Of a stretch of 32,000 bases of DNA, positions 26,102 to 32,000 are shown piece after piece (the stretch's first letter is position 1; every line of letters starts with the position of its first letter). Position numbers and translations under genes: made by a program. Source of the stretch: Desulfosarcina sp. BuS5 (lineage in GTDB: Bacteria > Desulfobacterota > Desulfobacteria > Desulfobacterales > BuS5); contig NZ_CP087952.1 of the NCBI RefSeq assembly GCF_028752835.1, positions 445,041 to 477,040 on the forward strand, read 5' to 3'. Below the pieces are notes generated by a model. It searched no databases. It worked only from the letters and a program-made list of their open reading frames with translations, and was not told where the DNA came from.

Positions 26102-26245
26102 TTATTCGACCTGCAATAATTGCAGGCGATATACCAAGATCCTGGAGAACTGGCGCGCCATCCAGAACTCTTCTCCATCGAGCCCGGTTTCCTTTATACT
26201 GTCAAAAGTCTGATAGTATTTTTTTTCTATATTTTTTCCGTTCAT
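26102..26245 (-). pseudogene. 47-codon ORF resembling the 5' end of a DinD/Bro-N-like gene, truncated
   Basis: The ATG overlaps the hsdM stop (ATGA). MNGKNIEKKYYQTFDSIKETGLDGEEFWMARQFSRIL fits the F-x-x-I-[KR]...G-x-E-[FY]-W-x-A-R pattern of DinD-like proteins (about 270 aa), then ends after 47 codons. This ORF is not in the supplied track because it is under 60 aa. Confidence 0.4.
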
Positions 26246-27807
26246 CGCTGGATCTCCTTGAGTTTTTCAGCTATTTTTACCCGAACTTTCTTCAGCTCTT
26301 TTTCCAGTTCGTCTATCTCTAACTGAACGGCATCGATATCGATCTCTTCTTCTTCAAACGTATCAACATAACGGGGGATATTAAGGTTAAAGTCGTTTTC
26401 CTTGATTTCCTCGAATACGGCTACATGGGCATACTTCTCCACTTCTTCACGTGACTTGCAGGTCCCCATGATTTTAGTTAGATGTTCTTCCGAGAGGGTG
26501 TTATGGTTTTTACTGGACACATATTCCCGGCCGGCATCTACAAATAGAACATCCTTGCATGTTTCATTTGACCCGCCTTTTTCACGGCTTCGATCAAAGA
26601 CCAGAATAGCAACCGGTATATTGGTAGTCGGGAACAGATTCCCCGGAAGTCCGATAACTGCATCGAGAAGATTTTCCTCAATCATTTTTTGACGAATCCG
26701 GCCTTCAGCAGCTCCCCGGAAAAGAACCCCATGAGGAACGACAACGGCAACACGCCCCTGTTTTTCCAGAGCAGTCTCCACCATATGGCTGATAAATGCC
26801 CAGTCGCCTTTACTTTTTGGAGGAATTCCGCGCCAGAACCGGTTGTACTGATCGCTTTCAGCATTTTCCGCTCCCCATTTATCAAGCGAGAATGGTGGAT
26901 TGGCGACTATGCAGTTGAATTTCATCAAACGGTCATTTTCAATTAGAAGAGGACTGTTGAGAGTGTCGCACCATTCGACACGGGCGCTGTCAAAGCTGTG
27001 CAGAAACATGTTCATACGGCATAATGCCCATGTACTGCCGTTTGATTCCTGTCCGAAAAGGGCAAAATTCCGGTCACCAACCTCTCTGGCCGCCTGAATC
27101 AAAAGACCTCCTGATCCGCAGGCAGGGTCACAGATGCGGTCACCCGGCTTTGGCCCGGCAAGTTTAGCTACAAGTTCGGTTACTTTGAGCGGGGTAAAAA
27201 ACTCTCCGGCCTTTTTCCCGGAGTCGGAAGCAAAACGTTCAATCAGATAAATATAGGTGTTGCCAATAACATCCCCTGAAACCCGGCTTGGTCTCATGTC
27301 TAACTGCGGCTTGTGAAAATCTTCAAGAAGTTGTTTCAGTCGTCTGTTTCTGTCTTTGGTTTTTCCAAGATTTGCTTCGCTGTTGAAATCAATATTACGG
27401 AAAACGCCTTCAAGCTTGCTTTTGTTAGATTCTTCAATGTGGACGAGAACAATATTGATAAGTTCCCCGATATTGGCTGCGGCTCTACGTTCGTAAAAGC
27501 TGTAATAGGTGGCGGGGAACTCGTCCAGCACAGTTTTCTGTCCTGTCTTCTCATTTTTTTCAGTTAATTTGATTGCAGGGAGAATAAAACGTTCACGTTC
27601 CAGTTTTCGGCGAATTCTAACATCATCATCACCATACTGTTTTTGATAGGCTTCATAGTGATCCTGCCATACATCCGAAATGTATTTTAAGAACAACATC
27701 ACAAGGATGTAGTCCTTGTATTGAGCAGGATCTACCACTCCCCGGAAGGTATCGCATGCAGCCCATGCAGCGTTGTTGATGTCTTTTTGATCAATTTGGC
27801 TGCTCAT
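26242..27807 (-). CDS. hsdM: Type I restriction-modification system methyltransferase subunit
   Basis: HsdM N-terminal domain (AAWAACDTFRG...YKDYILVMLFLKYISD), motif I DPACGSGGLL, motif IV IVANPPFS. AAGGGGA RBS. Confidence 0.9.
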   Translation of the reverse strand: MSSQIDQKDINNAAWAACDTFRGVVDPAQYKDYILVMLFLKYISDVWQDHYEAYQKQYGDDDVRIRRKLERERFILPAIKLTEKNEKTGQKTVLDEFPATYYSFYERRAAANIGELINIVLVHIEESNKSKLEGVFRNIDFNSEANLGKTKDRNRRLKQLLEDFHKPQLDMRPSRVSGDVIGNTYIYLIERFASDSGKKAGEFFTPLKVTELVAKLAGPKPGDRICDPACGSGGLLIQAAREVGDRNFALFGQESNGSTWALCRMNMFLHSFDSARVEWCDTLNSPLLIENDRLMKFNCIVANPPFSLDKWGAENAESDQYNRFWRGIPPKSKGDWAFISHMVETALEKQGRVAVVVPHGVLFRGAAEGRIRQKMIEENLLDAVIGLPGNLFPTTNIPVAILVFDRSREKGGSNETCKDVLFVDAGREYVSSKNHNTLSEEHLTKIMGTCKSREEVEKYAHVAVFEEIKENDFNLNIPRYVDTFEEEEIDIDAVQLEIDELEKELKKVRVKIAEKLKEIQR

Positions 27808-27810
27808 GTT

Positions 27811-28389
27811 TTATTCCCCTTTTGCAAATTGCATTAGTACTGTTGAAATGTATTGATCCCGTTTTTCTGACAGCGTACTCAGAATAGTCCGTTCCCGTGC
27901 AGATAACTTTGCCATGTCCACGATGTGTTGTTGTTTTTTCAAGGTTGGCAAGTAGACCTCCATATCCTCGACAGCCTGCTTGCCGATCATTTTCTGCACC
28001 GTCACCTTGGCTCTGCTTAACAGAAATATTTGGGCATTCCTTTGGCTGATATACCAGTTCAGGTATTCCGGCAGGATTTTATCAGGCTTTGCAATTCTGA
28101 TCCTGAGCAGAGGCGCTGCAACAACAGCCCTGCCTGGATCTTCAAGAAGAATAGCAGCGGTTGACATCTGACCTCTCGACCTGAACACCAGATCACCTTT
28201 TTGAACCAGGTGATGTTCTTTAACTCTATCCATCTCAATCTTGACCAGCTTCTTGCAACCTACAGTATTATCCTGAAGTAAATCCTTCATTTGGATAACA
28301 GCGACCTCTCCACCCCTTGAAGCTTCGAGACGAGACCGAAATGAATACCCCATCTGCACTGTCGCTAATTGCTTTATTTTTAATTTCAT
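27811..28389 (-). CDS. hsdS: Type I specificity subunit, half-size (single target-recognition domain)
   Basis: 192 aa from ATG 28389 (the listed start at 28395 is GTG). It has one TRD plus one conserved helical region (LPTLKKQQHIVDMAKLSARERTILSTLSEKRDQ). The stop lies 3 nt before hsdM. Confidence 0.75.
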   Translation of the reverse strand: MKLKIKQLATVQMGYSFRSRLEASRGGEVAVIQMKDLLQDNTVGCKKLVKIEMDRVKEHHLVQKGDLVFRSRGQMSTAAILLEDPGRAVVAAPLLRIRIAKPDKILPEYLNWYISQRNAQIFLLSRAKVTVQKMIGKQAVEDMEVYLPTLKKQQHIVDMAKLSARERTILSTLSEKRDQYISTVLMQFAKGE

Positions 28390-28413
28390 AAACACATCTT
28401 AATATTATGCTGT

Positions 28414-28486
28414 AATGTTATTTCTGCACAATGTACGAATTGTAGAACTGTTTGTCAATAGTTAAAATGCAAAAATGTTATTTCTG
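28414..28486. repeat. 13-nt perfect direct repeat AATGTTATTTCTG (28414-28426 and 28474-28486), 60 bp apart, bracketing the putative hsdS promoter
   Basis: Read directly from the sequence. The two copies sit one just upstream of the -35 and one just downstream of the -10 of the promoter at 28430-28458. Confidence 0.7.
28430..28458 (-). promoter_or_regulatory. Sigma-70-like promoter for hsdS-hsdM
   Basis: The minus strand reads TTGACA (28458-28453), a 17-nt spacer, then TACATT (28435-28430). It lies about 40 nt upstream of the hsdS ATG. Confidence 0.4.
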
Positions 28487-28913
28487 TAAGATATATCCTT
28501 TTCGAAACCTAAAGGCGTGCCATTAGGGCAAGTTGGGGATGTCCGTTGGATTGTTGGTTTGCAAAGAATCCAATGTATGAAAATAGGGCCAAGTCGAAAG
28601 CATCGGGATAAACCGATTATAAGTTTCTCATGCCTTCGTTGTTGTTTTTGTGCTGTTGGTAAAAAAAGCCCGTATAGACGCTACCGGCGTCCTGCATCAG
28701 ATAAAAGGATTTATGCCAAAGCTGGAAGAAATTTGTCCGGAAGTGACAAGGCGCATGTTGCAACAGGATTTAGCCAATTGAGTTGAATTTAGTGAAGGGA
28801 TCTGCCCGACAATCGAACTGCGAGCCGGCCAAATAGTATTGCGACATGGTACAAAAAAATTGGAAATATACGAAAAAGTGGTATGAATATGTCTGTAATT
28901 CGCGAAAAACTCG

Positions 28914-28941
28914 TTGACAAAAATAAATATCTCCATATAAT
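28914..28941 (+). promoter_or_regulatory. Near-consensus sigma-70 promoter immediately upstream of the AAA ATPase ATG
   Basis: TTGACA (28914-28919), a 16-nt spacer, then TATAAT (28936-28941). The ATG at 28948 is only 6 nt past the -10 and has no Shine-Dalgarno sequence. Confidence 0.45.
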
Positions 28942-28947
28942 TCTCTT

Positions 28948-30264
28948 ATGAAGCGAACAATCTATGCAAAGCTACTTGAATGGAAAGATGCTGCCGCACG
29001 CTCTCCCCTCATTCTGAAAGGAACGCGTCAGGTTGGGAAGAGCTATATTCTTCAAGCCTTCGGGGAAAACGAGTTTTCCGATTGCCATACCTTCAATTTT
29101 GAGAAGGATAAAAAGCTGTCAACGGCATTTGAAGCTGATTTGAACCCGGAAAGAATACTAACTGAGTTATCCATCTATTCCGGCAAAAGGATTGATATTG
29201 CCAAAGACCTTGTCATTTTTGATGAAATCCAGGAATGCCACGCAGCCCTGACATCCTTAAAATATTTTTGCGAAATGATGCCTCAACTTGCGCTTTGCTG
29301 CGCAGGTTCACTGATCGGTGTTAAGTTGTCTTCAGGATCTTTCCCTGTGGGTAAGGTCGATTTCCTGAAACTATACCCGTTGAATTTTGAAGAGTTTCTC
29401 ATGGCGTTGAATGATGAAGTCTCATTGGAGTTGTACCGGGATTCAGACAGGGTTGATTCTTTCTCTGAAATAGCCCATCAGAGACTGTGGAATCGGTTGC
29501 GGGAATATTATGTCACAGGCGGAATGCCGCAGGTTGTTTTAACCTATTTGACTTACAGGGATGATCTTTTTGAAGCCATGAAAAGGGCAAGGAATGTTCA
29601 GGAAAAGCTGGTTGAGAGCTATAATAACGACTTTGCGAAGCATTCGGGCAAGATCAATTCAATACATATTGTGTCTGTATTCGAAAATGTACCTGTGCAG
29701 CTTTCTGCAAATATTGACGGGTCAGTCAAAAAATACAGATTTAAAGGGGTAATCACCAGGAAAAAAGGTTATGCGGAACTGCAGGGTCCCATTGCCTGGC
29801 TGGAAAAGTCCGGGCTAATTCTAAAAGTTAAGGTATGTAAAAGGGCTGAGATACCCCTGGAATCATTTTGCAGAGAAAATATGTTCAAGCTGTTTTTGTT
29901 TGATATCGGTCTTCTCGGGTGTATGCTGGATCTACCGGTTGGTCTCATCCACTCACAAGATTACGGCATTGCAAAAGGGTATCTCGCAGAGAATTTCGTT
30001 GCCCAGGAATTTGCTGCTTCAGGTGTTTCAAGGCTGTACTCATGGACGGAGGGGACTTCTGAAATTGAGTTCATAAGGGTTATTGACGATCTCCTTGTAC
30101 CGGTAGAGGTTAAATCCGGGACCCGAACACATGCAAAAAGTCTGCGGCAGTATATCTTGAAGTATTCACCGAAAAGGGCCGTCAAGATATCCGGAAAACC
30201 GCTGAGCAGGATCAGGAACCAGGTTATTCAGAACTATCCGCTCTATCTCGCTGCAAAGATATGA
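28948..30264 (+). CDS. AAA family ATPase with C-terminal DUF4143 (PD-(D/E)xK-like) domain
   Basis: Walker A GTRQVGKSY, Walker B LVIFDEIQ, and C-terminal EIEFIRVIDDLLVPVEVKSG. The N-terminus MKRTIYAKLLEWKD is typical of this family. Confidence 0.8.
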   Translation: MKRTIYAKLLEWKDAAARSPLILKGTRQVGKSYILQAFGENEFSDCHTFNFEKDKKLSTAFEADLNPERILTELSIYSGKRIDIAKDLVIFDEIQECHAALTSLKYFCEMMPQLALCCAGSLIGVKLSSGSFPVGKVDFLKLYPLNFEEFLMALNDEVSLELYRDSDRVDSFSEIAHQRLWNRLREYYVTGGMPQVVLTYLTYRDDLFEAMKRARNVQEKLVESYNNDFAKHSGKINSIHIVSVFENVPVQLSANIDGSVKKYRFKGVITRKKGYAELQGPIAWLEKSGLILKVKVCKRAEIPLESFCRENMFKLFLFDIGLLGCMLDLPVGLIHSQDYGIAKGYLAENFVAQEFAASGVSRLYSWTEGTSEIEFIRVIDDLLVPVEVKSGTRTHAKSLRQYILKYSPKRAVKISGKPLSRIRNQVIQNYPLYLAAKI

Positions 30265-30390
30265 TCGGCGTGGTCTCCAGTTTGCCAACCCTACACCAAT
30301 GGGCAGTTTCTGGAACCCTTAACCCTACTTAACCTTTGCCGCTAATAACATTATCAAGATAAAATTAACAGCCGCCCGGATATTTTTTGT

Positions 30391-30693
30391 TTATAATTTG
30401 TCTTCCACAGATTTTACTTTTTTTTCTATTCTGCAGAAAGAATCTTTTCTGTAATCTGCCTTCATTGTCATGTATATCCTGTCACAGTCTTTTTTTAGTT
30501 CTTCAAAACAGCTGTTAATAACGGTCATAATTTCTTCCAGCCCGCCTTCAATACTTGTGCTCATGGGACCGAGCTTATAATCAAGCCCGCTTTTTTTTAT
30601 AATGTTTACAGCTTTGGCCACATATGGGCTAACACTTTCCCCTTTATCCGTGGGAAATATAGAAAAATCGATGAGAACACTCATGCTTATCAC
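30391..30693 (-). CDS. MTH1187/YkoF-like (UPF0045, thiamine-binding fold) protein
   Basis: 100 aa. IDFSIFPTDKGESVSPYVAKAVNIIKKSGLDYKLGPMSTSIEG matches the family pattern. Confidence 0.7.
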   Translation of the reverse strand: MISMSVLIDFSIFPTDKGESVSPYVAKAVNIIKKSGLDYKLGPMSTSIEGGLEEIMTVINSCFEELKKDCDRIYMTMKADYRKDSFCRIEKKVKSVEDKL

Positions 30694-31100
30694 CCTAAAA
30701 AATATTATTTTTTAAAAGTCATGTTGTATGGCCGATCCAAGGAGAATTTGGAATATAAATTCGAATAAAATGATATTGAGAGCTTTGCACAACCCCCATT
30801 TTTGTTCAATTTTGGTCTTTGCGAGGAGCAGGTGAGAGAGCCGCCTTTAGCCGCAAGCGAAACGTGACGGGAGCTGACAATCTTGGATTATCAACATGTT
30901 TTGAAGTTGCTTCGCCCGCAATGACAATGCCGGAATGGTTTTTTAACTTGTCTTCAGGAACTTCATAATTTTAAGTTCCATGGGAACCAAAATGCAAAAA
31001 GATTCTGATCTGCGGGTTAAATACAATCATATTTATTCACTATGCAAGATGTGACACCTTAACCGCTTGATCCAGTTACAAGAGAAGTTCATCATCCGTA

Positions 31101-31868
31101 TTATGATTTGCCGGATGAGGGAATAAGGAGATTTTTTAGATTCAGGCCTAAAATCATATCTTTTTTTTCAGGAGGTATGTTTAGCCTTTCTATTTTTGAG
31201 AGCTCATACAGGGGATCTCCAAACGGAAAATCAGAGCCGAACATAATCCGTTGGCAGCCATACCTGTTTATATAATCCTTGATCTCATACGTTGAGGCCA
31301 GAGCCGTATCGGTATAGACATTCGGTATGTCCCAGATTCCTTTATTCAACAAGCTGTTATATCCCCCGTTTAATATGCCCAGGTGCGGTATTATTATCCT
31401 GATACCGGAAGCTATTTCCTTGATAAATTTAATTGTGTTGCTTAACTCCTCTTCAAAAACCACCGGCATGTTTCTGCGCCTGATTTCATTGACGGCCTTT
31501 TCGCATAGCGGGTCGTCATAATGATAAACCGGTTCATCAGAATGCCTGTGCCACTTGATGCCTTTATGCTTATCCGTAAGCTGATCAACGGCAAAATCAT
31601 TCCATATGAAGAAATATGGAATTACCCTTAAATCTTTATTTCCGATCTCAAGTAAATGCTGATTAGATTTTTTTCTTCTTTGCTGCCAGTCAGAGTCATC
31701 CTGGAAATTATAATCATAACGATCATAAATTTCCATAACCGGGGAAAACATTGCGACTTGTTTTATTTTACTCCCCCGTACAAGGGATAGATAATCATCG
31801 AATGCTTGCGTAGTCGATATATCTTGTATTCCGCAATGAGCGTGTGCGTCTGTGATATATGGTAACAT
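31101..31868 (-). CDS. Metal-dependent amidohydrolase (TIM-barrel, amidohydrolase_2-like)
   Basis: N-terminal ITDAHAHCG (HxH metal motif), IIIPHLG, and C-terminal MFGSDFPFG. Confidence 0.6.
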   Translation of the reverse strand: MLPYITDAHAHCGIQDISTTQAFDDYLSLVRGSKIKQVAMFSPVMEIYDRYDYNFQDDSDWQQRRKKSNQHLLEIGNKDLRVIPYFFIWNDFAVDQLTDKHKGIKWHRHSDEPVYHYDDPLCEKAVNEIRRRNMPVVFEEELSNTIKFIKEIASGIRIIIPHLGILNGGYNSLLNKGIWDIPNVYTDTALASTYEIKDYINRYGCQRIMFGSDFPFGDPLYELSKIERLNIPPEKKDMILGLNLKNLLIPSSGKS

Positions 31869-32000
31869 TTTTTTAATCGATTATCCTGTCCGTATCTGTA
31901 TAAGCAAATCCGGGCGCAAATTCAACCAGGTTATTTTTTACCGGGTACTTATTCAACCTTGATCCTGGTCATTTCTTTTTTGTCTCCGGCAGATGCTTTT

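Noticed and set aside
28517-28936. ORFs 28517-28786 (+, 89 aa) and 28697-28936 (-, 79 aa) in the hsdS / AAA-ATPase intergenic region
   Set aside because: They have no RBS and overlap each other. Their composition is Cys/Arg-rich or otherwise odd, and no motif is recognisable. I treated the region as non-coding (see the finding on 28396-28950).
30694-31100. TPP (THI-box) riboswitch upstream of the MTH1187/YkoF-like gene
   Set aside because: One would be expected for a thiamine-binding-fold gene. However, the minus strand has no CUGAGA box or ACCUGAUCUGGAUAAUGCCAGCG-like core. The only vaguely similar string (ctgatctgcgggttaaatac at about 31004) is on the wrong strand and far from any partner motif.
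31869-32000. Possible 3' end of another minus-strand gene at the right edge
   Set aside because: At most about 16 codons are visible, and two frames are equally open. A call cannot be supported.
1-32000. CRISPR arrays, tRNA, rRNA, integrase or recombinase genes
   Set aside because: I looked for regularly spaced repeats, cloverleaf-like GC-rich 75-nt segments in the intergenic gaps, and tyrosine or serine recombinase motifs. I found none by eye. A tRNAscan/Infernal run would be the decisive check.

Overview
All calls come from reading the sequence and the ORF track and from remembered family motifs. No searches or statistics were run. The window looks like a bacterial chromosome segment. A sulfate-reducer-like deltaproteobacterium is only a guess, since no marker gene is present. 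I see four layers.

(1) A type II FAS/PKS-like lipid or polyene biosynthetic locus lies in two convergent blocks. Block A (1-7570, + strand) encodes an LPLAT acyltransferase, ACP, KS, a CLF-like KS, ACP, a condensation-like acyltransferase, an FAD oxidoreductase and an AMP-ligase. Block B comprises a B12-binding radical SAM gene (15642-17087, +) facing a minus-strand operon (21747 down to 17176) of FabG-like KR, CrtI-like flavoprotein, FabF-like KS, ACP and pyrF.

(2) An ~8 kb restriction-modification island (about 7571-15641) sits exactly between the AMP-ligase and the radical SAM gene. It encodes a Type III-like Res helicase-nuclease, an embedded DUF4062 / Schlafen-AlbA_2 / HATPase_c_4 protein, a 921-aa beta-class Mod with mosaic codon usage, and a RelE/ParE-fold ORF. 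That last ORF looks like the 5' stump of a helicase fusion and runs into the radical SAM start codon.

(3) A second accessory patch spans 22.1-30.3 kb. An intact IS4-family element (17/18 terminal inverted repeats, 5-bp TATCA duplication) is nested inside a dead DDE transposase gene. Next come a Fic protein, gene fragments, Type I hsdM plus a half-size hsdS with no hsdR in the window, and a DUF4143 AAA ATPase.

(4) An MTH1187/YkoF-like gene and an amidohydrolase lie at the right end.

I saw no rRNA, tRNA or CRISPR array. The best candidate for something undescribed is the res / DUF4062-AlbA_2 / mod (/ RelE-helicase) cassette. The non-canonical biosynthetic locus is second.
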